Source: Octopus sinensis (taxonomy: Eukaryota). From it: 64,000 nt of DNA. Positions 1 through 14,028 of this stretch are shown piece by piece. The translations under genes and the position numbers were made by a program. The DNA is taken from positions 11,780,001 through 11,844,000 of the forward strand of contig NC_043003.1 in NCBI RefSeq assembly GCF_006345805.1, given 5' to 3'. Below the pieces are notes generated by a model. It saw nothing but the letters and a program-made list of their open reading frames with translations, did no database searches and had not been told where the DNA came from. The stretch's first letter is position 1, and every line of letters starts with the position of its first letter.

Positions 1-420
1 CCCTACCAACCAATGCCTGGTGAGCAAACGGAAACTGTGAAAGCGCGTCGTGTATGTGCCTATGCATGCACACACACATCTATCTATCTATCTATCTAAA
101 AGAAATATAACATGTGACTTCATTGACCGAGGTTACCGAGGTCTTTTCCGTAGGCTTTTCTTTCCACGGGTAAACCTCACCTGTCCTCCCCTTTACACTT
201 CATATTGACATTTCTGTGATAACGATCCCTATTGATCCATTCCCCCCCCTTTTTTTATCCCCCCTTTCTTGTCCTCTTTCTTTCCTTTTACAATCCCTTT
301 TGATCGAAAACCAAACCCCCTTTTTTTTACCCCCAAAAGAAAAGCTCTACCTTGTAATTTGTCCTGTCTGTGTGCAGCTCTGTGTGGCTAATAAAGAAAC
401 ATATCTATCTATCTATCTAT

Positions 421-990
421 CTATATCCTTTCTACTAAAGGCACAAGGCCTGAAATTTGTGGGGAGGGGACTAGTCGATGACATCGACCCAGTGTGTAAC
501 TGGTACTCAATTTATCGACTCCGAAAGGATGAAAGGCTAAGTTGACCTCGGCGGAATTTGAACTCAGAACGTAAAGGCGGACGAAATGCCGTTAAGCATT
601 TTGTCCAGTGTGCTAACGATTCTTATTTCTTTATTGCCCACAGGGGCCTAAACATAGAGGGGACAAACAAGGACAGACAACGGGGATTAAGTCGATTACA
701 TCGACCCCAGTACGCAACTGGTACTTAATTTATCGATCTCGAAAGGATGAAAGGCAAAGTCGACCTCGGCGGAATTTGAACTCAGAACGTAGCGGCAGAC
801 GAAATACCTATTTCTTTATTGCCCACAAGGGGTTAAACACAGAGAGGAAAAACAAGGACAAACGGATTAAGTCGATTATATCGACCCCAGTGTGTAACTG
901 GTACTTAATTTATCGACCCCAAAAGGATGAAAGGCTAAGTCGACCTCGGTGGAATTTGAACTCAGAACGTAACGGCAAACGATTCTGCCA
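421..990 (-). mobile_element. OR1-like tRNA-SINE multimer
   Basis: Three head-to-tail copies of the gaccccgaaaggatgaaaggc domain. Confidence 0.85.
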
Positions 991-2055
991 GCTCACCGCC
1001 TTTCTTTGTGTTAATTCTTCTCCCGTATACTGGGATAGGGCGATATTTCATTACTTTTACCTTTCTCCTGCTAGTCATTTTAAAGGGACATTACCAGCTG
1101 ATTCAATCGCTCAAGTTGCTAGAAATAGCAACCCAAACTCTGCAAATCACATTTTACAGTGTCAAAAATAGGATTCATTAAGTAATGTAGGAGCTAATGT
1201 GCAAAATGACACGACTGGACCGCATTTGATTCTTGGTCGGCTCAGTTAGAGTCAGCTCTGGCCTAAACACTATCGACGTTCGTTGGGACTAACTGCAGTA
1301 AAGCTTTATTACTGTACAGTACCTTTCTTTTTATTTCTTAGCCAGAAAAGAAGGCAGTGTCACGGATCATTTAAAGGGTCTCTAAGACTGGTAAAAACGA
1401 GGGGAAAGCTATCCTCAAACCGAAGGTCTGACCCGAATACTTGCAGCAGAATTGGATCCACTAAAGTAACAGAAGGGGTCATGGAATGATGTTAAACTAG
1501 ATGATGGGTCAAGTGTACCACCCAGGTAGACTACAGCGTGATTCGAACTCGGAACAAATATTGATTTCAAATTTTGACACAAGGCCAGCAATTTCAGGGG
1601 AGGGTGTAAGTCGAATACATCAATCCCAGTGTTCAGCTGGTACTTATTTTATCGACCCCAGAAGGACGAAAGGCTTAGCTGATTTTGGCGGGATTTGATC
1701 TCAGAGCGTAAAGACCAACGAAATGCCGCTAAGCATTCTAAAGATTCTGACAGCTTCACCAGAATAAATATTGCAAAGCAACCGATTTTTTACAGCCCTG
1801 CCAATCTACCCACCTCACGTCTCCGGAATGGAGAACATTTTTATTAAACCTCGAAAAGATCTAAGTCAAACTGGCGTGTGAACTCAACGAACAGAATCGG
1901 TGCAAATACCGTGAGATAGTTCACTCAGCGTTTTAACGACTATGGCAGTTCATCATTTTATAACCTAATTTGTTGCCTGTAAATAGATGGAAAGATGGTG
2001 GCCCTTTTTCGAAGAGTTTTTATTTTCTGTAGTGTAGCTAGCGTTATTGCCACCC

Positions 2056-2205
2056 AGGATAGTCCTTGGGTTTGCTGCGCGGGGCAGTCCTTGGGTTTGC
2101 CGCGCGGGGCAGTCCTTGGGTTTTCCGCGCGGGCTAGTCCTTGGGTTTTCCGCGCGGGCTAGTCCTTGGGTTTGCCGAGCAGGATAGTCCTTGGGGTTGC
2201 CGTCC
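2056..2205. repeat. GC-rich 25-bp minisatellite, 6 copies
   Basis: agtccttggg at 2061, 2086, 2111, 2136, 2161 and 2186. Confidence 0.95.
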
Positions 2206-2553
2206 TCCACCCCATGTCATGGGCCCATAAGAATACACAAGCTTATACAGCAGACCCCAAATTACTGCCTCAATAAAAGCTACGCTACAAACTAATTAGA
2301 AGAAAGTAGGGTAGTCTAAGATCTTTTTTATAGGGTTTGACTGGTTTGATTATGACCGACTTTTTTAGGGTTTGAAAGGTAGAGTAGCCTCTTTAATGGT
2401 TCTGTGATTAATTAAAGGAAGGGAGAGGATGTTATCCTCAGACCATAGACTTAACTCGATCGCTTGTGACAGAATGGACTCGCCTAAAAACATGCACCAG
2501 CCAAGTGATTGGGATTTTTAACCATCCAACGGAAGGCAGAAACTCTCAACGGC

Positions 2554-2788
2554 AAGGCAGCGAGAGCTGGCAGACACGTTAGCACGCCGGGCGAAATGCT
2601 TTGCGGTATTTCGTCTGCCGCTACGTTCTGAGTTCAAATTCCGCCGAGGTCGACTTTGCTTTTCATCCTTTCGGGGTCGATGAAATAAGTACCAGTTACG
2701 CACTGGGGTCGATATAATCGACTTAATACCTATGTCTGTCCTTGTTTGTCCCCTCGGTGTTTAGCTCCTTGTGGGCAGTAAAGAAATA
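2554..2788 (+). mobile_element. OR1-like SINE with 16-bp TSD
   Basis: A/B-box head; agaaactctcaacggc at 2538-2553 and 2789-2804. Confidence 0.9.
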
Positions 2789-3144
2789 AGAAACTCTCAA
2801 CGGCCTTCCATAGTTTCTGTCGACCAAATTTAACTTGTTTTCAGTTGCGTGTCTTGCTTTGACATAAGATTATCGGGGATCTCGAGTACTTGAATATCTA
2901 GTTGTTTCTTGAGTACTTAAAAAGCTGTGAGCCTTTGAACCCTAAGCTGTTGAAGTATGTAGCCCCGACTTCCAATGGAAGGGCGGAACTCTCTTGGATA
3001 TGCGGTAACATCAGGCTCGATGATTAGCATACTTTTCGGTAATGAAGTTTGGTGCTAGCCTTTCATAGCTCTTCCATCTATGAGTAGATTAGCTATGCGC
3101 AAGAAAAAGAGAATTAGTTTAAATTATCTATCTGTGTATCATAC

Positions 3145-3363
3145 TTAAAGCAGACATATCATTAAAAGCGTAATTAACTGCAGTATTCATCCTGAGATAG
3201 TATTTTTTTTAAAAAACGTACAGTGTTAAAAAACAAAGAAATATATCAGTAGCAGACAAAAATCGCCCAACAGCGGATTGCCATCACCGCTGCCATAAGA
3301 AATACTGTGTCAAATCAAATACTGCAGTTAATCAGTCCTTCAATGATGGATCTTCTGCTTCAA
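3145..3363. mobile_element. MITE-like inverted repeat
   Basis: atcatt..taattaactgcagtatt vs aatactgcagttaat..aatgat. Confidence 0.55.
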
Positions 3364-3521
3364 ACACGATGCACCCCCCCCCACACACACACAAGCGCAG
3401 GCCACAAGGTTCCGGGTTCAGTCCCACTGCATAGCACCTTGGTCAAGTGTCTTCTACTGTAGTCTCAGGCCAGCCAAAGCCTTGTGAATGGATTTGGTAG
3501 ACGGAAACTGAAAGAAGCTCG

Positions 3522-3587
<66 letters not shown>

Positions 3588-3755
3588 GTGTGTGTGTGTG
3601 TGGTGTGTGTGTGTGTGCGCGCGCGCACGCACGTGTGCATATATCTGTTTCAGCCTGTGCTTGTCCCTCACTACCAAATGACAACCGGTATTGAAGCGTT
3701 TGCGTCTCCTCAACTTTGCGGTTCGGCAAAATATGCCGATAGAATAAGTACCAGC

Positions 3756-3790
<35 letters not shown>

Positions 3791-4846
3791 ACTGGAGTAG
3801 ATTCGTTCGACTAAAATTCAAGGTGTTGCCCCAGATAAAAGAAAGATATCATCGTACGTTTCTGTCACCTCCTCCCCAGGTGTGGAAGCTTAACACTTTC
3901 AGTCCCTTTCAACTGTTGCATTGAAGCTATTTACGCAGCAACTTCGGATTGCTTTGAGCTCTGCCTTCGATTTAACGTCGCGTGAAGACTAAGGTATTGA
4001 GCAATAGTCCTCACGAGCGAAAAGAAATACTTTCTACAAAACACAATGAAGTCGCATATGTTTTGGCCGTTCTGTAGCCAAATTGGCCAACTCCGCTTCT
4101 TTAAATGAAAAATACCTTAAATCACGAAGTGATAGTTTTGCGCGGTCTGTGCATCTCCGCACTACACCTCGGCAAAAACAACATGGTCTCGGACAAAAAT
4201 TTAATCGACTACAATGGCAATTTTAGAATTCAGAATTAAAATATTAAGGGAAAGCGTTATAAACAACGCAGAAATAGCTTGGAATTGTGGTTTACGTGAG
4301 AGCCATTCCTTTGTCTTTTCTTTCGTTTCTTTATCTAAGGTAGAGTTAATCGTAGTTTATTAAATCATTTACAGATCAAAAGACCGTTGTAGAATTGCAT
4401 CTCTTACAGAATGTGACAAACTCATTAATCAAAGCATTAGACAGCGACTCACCTTGCCGTTTGACGTACGGTCATTAAGAAAAGAACGTGACAACTGCTC
4501 AGTGCTTCATCTTTGCATGCGACTAACTAGTGGATTGAGGCTACGGGTCACAAGTTCAAAATATTAGTTTTTAGGATTCTAAAAGCGACATTTGAAAGCA
4601 TTCAGGCCCTTTAGTTAGTGAAGTTAAATTTTAGTGTCATTTCTGAAACGAAATTTCGGACGAACAAATGTCTAACTCCCGGATTGTGTTATGTACGGTC
4701 ATACATATGGATACAAGTAAAAGCTGAGATACAAAACAGATAGAAAGAAAATGGAAAAAGGAGAAAGATCTCTTGTAAGGAATTTTACGGTGAGAGGAAC
4801 AATTTAGACAATATTCGTTCATCCATTCTTTTCATTCATGAATGTA

Positions 4847-5314
4847 TCGGGTTGTCAGATAAATTCGTTTGTAAGGCGGCGAGCTGGCAGGAACGTAAAA
4901 AACATCGGGCAAAATGCTTAGCGGTATTTCGTCTGTCTTTGCGTTCTGAGTTCAAATTCCGCCGAGGTCGATTTTGCTTTTCATACTTTCGGGGTCGATA
5001 AATTAAGCACCAGTTGCGTACTGGGGTCGATCTAATCGACTGGACCCCACCCCCAAAAACAAAAAATTTGTGCCTTGAGTAGAAAAGATTCGTTTTTTCT
5101 TTGAACGTACTGACGAATTCTTCGAGTTGATAACTGGATGATTTCTACTGTCGGGTTATTGACAAGCTAATGCAGTGTTGGCAAAAAGTGGTGAACAATG
5201 AAAGAGAATATATTATCGACTCGTTTGTTAAAATACTTGCAGAAAAATAAGGATTAAATTAAATTGGGAAAGAAAACCCCTGCAAAAACCGAAAGAGTTT
5301 ATCTGACAACCCCA
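4847..5314. mobile_element. Internally deleted mariner/MITE interrupted by a SINE
   Basis: TIRs tcgggttgtcagataaa / tttatctgacaacccca with TA flanks. 3' transposase remnant (WQKVVNNE..YII). SINE insertion with attcgttt duplication. Confidence 0.7.
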
Positions 5315-5367
5315 TACAACAATGCAAGTAAGTAAATTTAATGCATGTTTGTGTGTGCATGTATGCT

Positions 5368-5400
<33 letters not shown>

Positions 5401-5550
5401 GTTTAAAATGTATGTATATTTATGTGTTCAGTATATGATATCGAATTCATAAAACATACGTAAATACCTTGTATTGGCACAAAGAGTAGCGTAGCTAGGT
5501 TGGGGCAACCACAGGAGCCATCCTCTCCGGCCCGTACGGAACTTTCGGGC

Positions 5551-5851
5551 CTGCTGTATAAACCTGTACACAGGGTAGCAAATTTAAGGGTGACACACGC
5601 TCTAGCTTACGTCACTGGTCACAAAATACGCTGAGAAATTTTATATACTTTCGAATTAACTACAATATGTTTGACTCTTCTTTTAGCGAATCAGGTGAGA
5701 AGAAAACCAAAAATCACCCTAATGGAATTTAAATTCAGAATATACGATGACAACGCTACATTGGCGTAGCTACAGTGTATCCCACTGGGGTAGTGTCTGG
5801 GTGTGCCGCTCCTTTTCGGACCGATACTGCCTATACAGGCTTATACAGCAG
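5551..5851. mobile_element. MITE-like element
   Basis: Imperfect TIRs ctgctgtataaacctgta / tacaggcttatacagcag; the same end motif recurs at 2235-2254. Confidence 0.5.
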
Positions 5852-6819
5852 AGTGGAGGCTCAATGGCCCAGTGGTTAGGGCAGCGGACTCGCGGTCGTA
5901 AGAACGCGGTTTCGATTCCCAGACCGGGCATTGTGAGTGTTTATTGAGCAAAAACGCCTAAGCACCTTGAGGCTCGGGGGGGGGGGGGGGCTAGTGGTGA
6001 ACCCCACTACTCTTTCACCACAACTTTCTCTCACTCTTCCTATTTCTGCCACAAAGCAGAGGAACCATGGTGTAACCCACTATGGTGTTGTAAAACTTTC
6101 AGACCCTAGTCTAGATTGCGAATCTTCTGTACCCCAGGATGGTTCAGCTCTCCACCCGTTAAAAGTCATCGTTTACGGAATGAGGATAACAACGTAGCTT
6201 TCGACCCCGTGCAACCGCCAGTCTATCGCGTGTGGTGGGTGGATCTTCAAGTTGCCACACGCATTCTTAGTAGCTTAGAGTAGGCTCGAATTAGAGATTA
6301 TGGCTAATGGCGTGAGTCCTGATTGGAAGAAGAAGAGTATACAGAAGATTCACAAGTGTTGTTCCCATAAATGCATTGCCCTTCGCAGAGTGGACCCTGG
6401 TTTATTTCTAGCTAAGCTACTATAAAACATTCATCCCGGTACCCTATACTTTCTTCAATGTAAGGGTTGATGGTTAAGTGTAAATTTTCCAAAAAAGCGA
6501 AGGAGATGGAGTGTGTATTTAATGTACACCAGTCCAAACAATATCACTAATTCTTAGCTAACCCCCGATACCTGGAATAGTAAGTCGAACTTTAAAGGTT
6601 ATTGAATATAACCGAGGGTATTTCGTTTAATATTTAACATATTTTTGAATCGTTATCTCTGCGCCTTTCAACGATATGTGTGTGTGTATACGTGACTGAC
6701 GGAGCGTCAGTTTGTATGTATGCACGTACGTATGTATGTACGTATGTTTGTATGTATATGTATGTACATACCAATGCTTTTACTTAATATTCTTTTCTAC
6801 TATAGGCACAAAGGCCAAA

Positions 6820-7272
6820 ATTTTGGGGGACTTTGCTTTTCATCCTTTCGGGGTCGATAAATTAAGTACCAGTTACGCACTGGGGTCGATATAATCGATT
6901 TAATTCGTGTGTCTGTCCTTGTTTGTCCCCTCTGTGTTTAGCCCCTTGTGGGTTGTAAAGAAATAGGTATTTCGTCTGCCGCTATGTTCTGAGTTCAAAT
7001 TCTGCCGAGGTCGACTTTGTCTTTCATCCTTTCGGGGTCGATGAAATAATTACCAGTTACGCACTGGGGTCGATACAATCGACTTAATCCGTTTGTCTGT
7101 CCTTGTTTGTCCCTTCTGTGTTTTGCCCCTTGTGGGTAGTAAAGAAATAGGTATTGCGTGTGTCTTTACGTTCTGAGTTCAAATTCACCCATGTCGACTT
7201 CGTCCATCATCCTTTCGGGGTCGATCTAATCCCCCCCCCCAATTTTTCGGGCGTTGTGCCTAGAGTAGAAAA
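6820..7272 (+). mobile_element. OR1-like SINE multimer
   Basis: Unit junctions aaagaaataggtatt at about 6960 and 7143. Confidence 0.85.
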
Positions 7273-7389
7273 GAATATTCTCTCTAGATTGATGGAGTTG
7301 TAACAAAGAAACCACGTCGGCATCACTAGATTCCAGACAACAGCAACGACAATAAAAGAAACATTTATTTATATATTAATCACTCGTTG

Positions 7390-7461
7390 AACAGAGTGGT
7401 ACAGTGGAAGCAAGCTGGGCCCATAACGCAGAGGTTCCTCGATCGAAACTAAACACTGAAG
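7390..7461 (+). pseudogene. Initiator tRNA-Met (CAT) pseudogene
   Basis: ctgggcccataacgcagagg and gatcgaaa match iMet; acceptor and T stems are broken. Confidence 0.75.
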
Positions 7462-7881
7462 AAATGGCTCATATTTTTGATTATGTATACAACACAACTG
7501 AGCTGTCCACAGATATACAAACCATATAAATTTCAAGGGACTGCTGAATATTTCCTGGCTTTGGGTAAAAGAAAATACAGGATGATCAGTTAATTATGAG
7601 TTTAACATATTCCCCTCTCACACTTATTGTAGCAGTCCTTCAGTTTTTCTAAGCCTTGTAAAAGAACTCCAACTAGGCCTTTCACGATACCCTTGAAGCT
7701 AGGGACTTTTCAGCGCCTCCTCGCATTTATACCTGCAGGGTTTGGTACAAATTATATAATGCAATAGAAAGTTATACAAAGCCAAAGGGTCACTAACTGA
7801 CTGGGGTATATCAGAACTTATGTAGGACCTCTCTACTCAACGCAATGTATGGAGTACTTTTTTACTTAATGTATGCACTAG

Positions 7882-8300
7882 GCGCAGGAGTGGCTGTGTG
7901 GTGAGTAGTTTGCTTACCAACCACATGGTTCCGGGTTCAGTTCCACTGCGTGGCACCTTGGGCAAATGTATTCTACTATAGCCTCGGGCCGACCAAAGCC
8001 TTGTGAGGGGATTTGGTAGACGGACCGTCGTATATATGTATATCCATCCGTCCATCCATTTCTGTGTGTGGGTGTGTGTGTGTGTGGTGTGTGTGCATGT
8101 GCGTGTTTGTCAGCCCCAACATCGCTTGACAACCGATGATGGTGTGTTTACGTCCCCGTAACTTAGCGGTTCGGAAAAATAGACCGATAGAATAAGTACT
8201 AGGCTTACAAAGAATAAGTCCTGGGGGTCGATTTGCTTGACAAAAGGCGGTACTCCAGCATGGCCGCAGTCAAATGACTGAAACAAGTAAAAGAATAAAG
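7882..8300 (+). mobile_element. OR2-like (tRNA + CORE) SINE, representative copy
   Basis: ggcgcaggagtggctgtgtgg head, accttgggcaa CORE motif and internal microsatellite. Further copies near 3385, 13590, 22362, 33520, 41410, 41940, 45988, 47885, 49200, 50185 and 62765. Confidence 0.85.
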
Positions 8301-8923
8301 AGAGCACTTTGCAAAAATTACTTTCATACCCTTTACAACGATTTTATTTCGATATATACACGCAGGTGCGCGAGAGTGTATATGTTGGGTGACGATTGCC
8401 TGTGTGTGTTTAATATCATTTACAATGATTATATACGCACAATATATCCTCTAATTTGCGAGAGTGTATATGTTTGTGGGGAGACGTGTGTTCATGACAC
8501 AGCCATGGCTAAGTGGTTATGTAGTCGATTCACAACCATGTGGTTTCGAGTTCGAACCCACTGTCTATTACTTTGGGCAGACGTCTTTACCTAGCCTCGA
8601 ATCGGCCCCGGCCACATAAAGAAATGTGGGATGGGGTGAGAATGGGTGGGGTGAAAACTGTGCAGAAGCCCATCAGATGGATTGTTGCTGTAATTCGAAG
8701 ATCCAGTCTTGTGGTTCTGATTCTACTTGAGAATTATGTTATGAACATACATCTGTGGAATATTCAACCACCAATTCAATAAAGAATATATAAGGAATTT
8801 GCTGTTGATTGAACTGGATGTTCATAACATAGATAGATAGATATATAGATATATGCGTATAGATAGATAGATATATGCGTATATATAGATGTGTGTATAT
8901 ATAGATTGTATGGATAAACAGAC

Positions 8924-8954
<31 letters not shown>

Positions 8955-8959
8955 ACTTA

Positions 8960-9617
8960 TAAGCGAGGGCTAAAGAAGATTATTCCAAAGCCAATATACT
9001 GATTTTCCACATATAATCCACTTGCTATAGAAATTGAACTGAAGTCGGGCAAACTAATCGTTAGAATATTTAAATTTCGTTATCTCTATATCGAATCAAT
9101 TTCGGAATTAATCTCATAAAGGATTTGTTCTTCATCGGTAGAGCTTACGAGAGAATATAATTAAGATACTTACACTCGCCTATGGAAAAAGCCGAAGCAA
9201 AGAACATAAGTACATTTAAGTACCTCAGTTATATTTAAAAATAAAAATTCTTTGGTCAGTCTCAGAACAACGTGTTGACTGTTCGCCGTTACAGATTGTA
9301 ATGGTTACCAGTCCCTATAGCAAATAGTAATAAGTCTACTAATAATAATATAGGATGAAGTTTTTTTCTCTACAGAAAAGAATTCCATCAAGAAATGTGG
9401 CAGCATATTAAAAAATACCTTTACGGTTAAAATTATAAACAACTTAAAAGCGAGGGCTAAAGAAGATTATTCCAAAGCCAATATACTGATTTTCCACATA
9501 TAATCCACTTGCTATAGAAATTGAACTGAAGTCGGGCAAACTAACCGTTAGAATATTTAAATTTCGTTATCTCTATATTGAATCAATTTCGGAATTAATC
9601 TCATAAAGGATTTGTTA
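8960..9617. repeat. About 170-bp direct repeats flanking about 320 bp (Penelope pseudo-LTR-like layout)
   Basis: 8960-9128 is nearly identical to 9447-9617; the family assignment is inference. Confidence 0.6.
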
Positions 9618-9734
9618 TATATATGTATATATATATGTAGTTGAAATTTACAGAAAAACAAAAGACGAAGACAGGTGTATACATAAGTGTGTGTGTGCGC
9701 GCGCATGTATATATGTATGTATGTGTATATAATA

Positions 9735-11225
9735 ATGATTTCATTTATTTGCCACAAGGGCGAAGGATGAGGGGTACAATACAAAGTGTAGGGGTTTACA
9801 TATAACGAAATGATAAAAAGAAGTTAAATAAACACGGTACACACTGAAAAAGAAGGGACATATGCACAGTATACAAAGGTTAAAAAATAAAGATGGCGGG
9901 GAGGATGATAGAGATGTAGCCCAACTGATACAAACAGGGCTCTAGGAATAATTGAGAAATCCCACTGTCCGAGATTTCTCTGAAACCCCAAGAGCAAGTT
10001 CCTGTCCAATTCCTTCTTTCCGACTCACAGGTCCACACTTAGAGAGGTACCATCCACTCTTGTCATTTTCGTAACTTTCACCCTCTTTTCAATAAACTCA
10101 CTCGAGGACAGCACTTCTCTTTCCACTCTCAATTTTCTTTTCAAGTGAACCTTGAAAAAGTCAATGAGAACTCTACCAAAGAGGTATGTATCTGTCCTCT
10201 TGCCTTTCAGCCTTCAGGCAAAGGAAAACTGCCTTACCTGATCGATTGAAGAAGGGCGGCAGGAGTATCATCACTACAAACTCGGCCGACAAACTGATCT
10301 GTCCTACACCTGACAGCAGCTGTTCGACATAACCTCACAAGTCAGCACTGCCTGGACACTGAACGAGTGCATGCAAAACGGTTTCATCACTCAGCGTGCA
10401 CCTCTGACAAGTCTGTCTAACAGCACATTTGTGCCTGTAGAGTTTATTCGAACCGGTAGTGACCCCGATAGTATTGCCAGGCCAAGGGCATCTGGAAATT
10501 ATCCATGATAGTTCCCAACTGGAAACTATTCCGGAACAGACCAGTTAGTTCGCTTTCGTCGGCACCCAGAGTCTCCCCGAGAACGCCGTCGCACTTCCCT
10601 GCCGCTAATCCTCTATAAATTTTCTAGAGCGGAACATCCACCGATCCCATTGCCTGACTGATAGAAGGCTATGAACTCCTGATGACATTTTAAGTGTTAG
10701 GCACCCAGCTTCTGTCTTTTCATCACCCAGGACAGCAGTTCCGTCAAAGAGACAAGCTGCGGGAAGACGAGCCTCACAAACGGAGCCCACACACGCTCAC
10801 TGTCCAGAAATCGTTGCAGGTGGCATACCTAAGAGCTGCCTGCGGATTAGGAGTCACAGCATATCTAATCCGCCACTCAGAGGATGCTGGCAACAGACTG
10901 GCCATTGGAACGCGTCCCTTCCATAAGAATTTAAATAAGAGACACTCCAACCTGGTCAAGCGGTAATCAGGACAAGGCACGACGGTCAGGCAATAAATGA
11001 TAACGGAGGCTATGTAGGCATTCGCCACCTCTCCCTGATCTTTCAGGGACAGCTTTTTCTTAGCCCATTTTCTGGGTAAGAATGGCCACCCCGTTCGCCA
11101 CCTTGAATTGTTCTTGTCAACTTATAGGTCGCGACTAAACCAGATCCTGAGCAGTTTAACTGGTCCGTCGGTTCAGCGTCCGGTGGCATCGTCCTGCCTC
11201 TCCAGGAGCCCAACCGCAAACCCAC
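9735..11225 (-). mobile_element. Tx1/L1-like LINE 3' remnant
   Basis: ANAYIASVIIY.LTVVPCP...LFKFLWKGRVP with frameshifts; AATAAA-containing 3' end near 9740. Confidence 0.7.
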
Positions 11226-12262
11226 CGATTTGTCGGCGTTGATTTTAGCCCCTGCAACCGACTCACGTTCCTATAATAACAATAATAATAATAATCCTTT
11301 CTACTATATGCACAAGGCCTGGAATTTGGGAGGAGAGGCCATTCGATTAGATCGAACCAGTACGCAACTGGTAATTTATCGACCCCGAAAGGATGAAAGG
11401 CAAAGTCGACCTCGGCGGAATTTGAACTCAGAACGTAGCGGCAGACAAAATATCGCTAAGCATTTCGCCCGGCGTGCTAACGATTCTGTCAGCTGGTAGC
11501 CAATAATAATAAAGTGGGCAGTTGGTTAGACTCATGCATAAACATGGTTTGTACACATAATACAAGAGGATATGATAGTTAATCAATGAAGTTTATTATC
11601 AATGTATCCAGAACACTTTGTTCCATATCGATATTAGATGAAAATTCCGATAAGATTATCAGTATATACAATATCAATATATAGCAACAAAAGTTACTGA
11701 TTATGCGATAAGTCTGAGAGTAAAGAGAATGAAATAGGTAGTTACGTACTACATATGTTTCAAAAGACTCACCGAACGCATATTACGCAACTTTAAGATG
11801 CTATACAGACGTTCTATGTTCCCTCTCTTCGGGTACTTTCTACCAGTCGCTTACAAGCCCATTGTATATATATATATGTATATGCGTGTATGTGTGTACG
11901 GGAATGTATGTGGCGCGCTTACATATACATGCAAGCAAGATAATGTACTAAAAGTATTTAATTATTTATTGATTCGAAGTTATATCTTTGCATTCTTCTT
12001 TAATAATCATCGAAGAACGTGATGAGAAGAAACATTCTTTGGAACAAGTTAGCATTGGTCTACCAATGAAAACATTTTCGAATGTATGTGAGTATAGGCG
12101 CAGGCATAGCTATGTGGTTAGGAAGGTAACTTTGCCACTATATAGCTTCGGGTTCAGTCTCATTGCATGGTACTTCAACCATAGCTCTGGGCCGACCAAT
12201 GCCTTGTGAGTGAATTTGGTACTGATACAAGTAGAAGATAAAATTTTGTTGTGTCGGGGGTC

Positions 12263-12444
12263 ATTCATTTTCCACTCATTTATTTATTCCAGAAAGCTTT
12301 TCCCTCGCATTTGCGACCATATGAATGGATTTTGAGTGTCCGTTATAACGGACAGTCAGAGTCAAAATCCATTGATACAGTCGCAAATGCAGCGACGAAA
12401 AAGCTTTCTGGAATAAATAAATAAATGAATGAATGGAAAATGAA
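12263..12444. repeat. About 180-bp palindrome / foldback
   Basis: Arms are reverse complements around a loopless centre tgtccgttataacggaca (12337-12354). Confidence 0.9.
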
Positions 12445-13953
12445 CCTGTGAGTGTGTTATATTAAAGCACAATGATCCTCCACAGACGCAACAAAATTTG
12501 TTTCAACACACAAATTCACATAAGGAAACCAGATACAAAAATAAAAGATATACAAATACATCTATCGTGGGGAGAGAATTTGGACAATCTTTTATAACGG
12601 TTTTCTAACACTGCAACAGGGACACACATTTATTTCTTTATTGCCCACAAGGGGCTAAACATAGAGGGGACAAACAAGAACAGACAAACGGATTAAGTCG
12701 ATTACATCGACCCCAGTGCGTAACTGGTACTTAATTTATCGACCTTGAAAGGATGAAAGGCAAAGTCGACCTCAGCGAAATTTGAACTCAGAACGTAACG
12801 GCAGACGAAATGCAGCTAAGCATTTCGCCCGGTGTGCTTACGTTTCTGCCAGCTCACCGCTGGCACACATTTCTAGGAGCGTTCAATAGTCGATCACATC
12901 GTCTTCAATACAGTAAGGCAGTTTATACATGCCGCGAGGGAGAGTTTGTGTGGTCACCTGACTTGCAAGAAATAGTAACTAAATCCAATCAAATCACATC
13001 GAGCTGTCTTAATCTTGGGTAGTAGATTCAATTTTATCTTTTGCAGGATTTTGTCCCAAAGAAGGTTTGAGGCTACTGTAGCATAAGGGACTACAAAAAA
13101 AAAAAAAAAAAGGGCCTAAAAATTCAAAAGATGTCAACTGGCAGAAAGCATATAAAACTGAATATCACAAACCAGAGAAAAAAAAAGATGGTAGTAAGGA
13201 GTTCCAGTTCTAGGGAAGAAATTATTAGAATATAAAATGACTTACGATAGATTTAATCTTAAATATGCTTAATCCGTCACTCAGACTAATCCCATTAACC
13301 GGATCCTTGGATGTTTTTAGCCGAGTCCACTCTGTTGCAAAGCAATGGAATCCGGTCTCCGGTTCACCTTTCTGCTTCATACCTGTCTCGGGGGATCCTA
13401 TAATAAGTCATGGGGACGGTTTGCTCCCCTGACTAAAAGACATAAAATAAAAATTATGATGTCTGACCCTTTTGCGATGCTTCACATGGTTCATACATCC
13501 ACATAACATACAAGAAACTGCATCACACGATTATTTTGGTTTTTTATCTTTTTGAGGGGCGGGATGGGGTGGGGGGGGGTGTACGGGTTTCAGTCATTAG
13601 GTTGCGGCCATTCTGGTGCACAGTCTTGAGGAATTTTAATCGAATGAGTAGACCCCAGTACTTTTTTTTTTCGAAGCCTGTGCTTATTCAGTCGGTGTCT
13701 TTTGCTGAACCGCTAAGTTTCAGGGACGTAAACACACCAACACTGGTTGTCAAGCAGACACGCGCTCGCGCAATGGGCTTCTTTCAGTTTCCGTTTACCA
13801 AATCCATTCGTAAGGCTTTGATCGACCCGACGCTGTAGAAGACATGCCCAACGTGCCACGCAGTTGGACCGAACCCGGATCCATGTGGTTGGGAAGTAAG
13901 CTTCTTACCACACAGCCACATCTGCGTGTGTGTGTGTGTGTATATATATATAT

Positions 13954-14028
<75 letters not shown>

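Noticed and set aside
1408-6190. Recurring tatcctca motif in unique patches (1410, 2433, 6181 reverse)
   Set aside because: Three 8-mer hits are too close to chance expectation.
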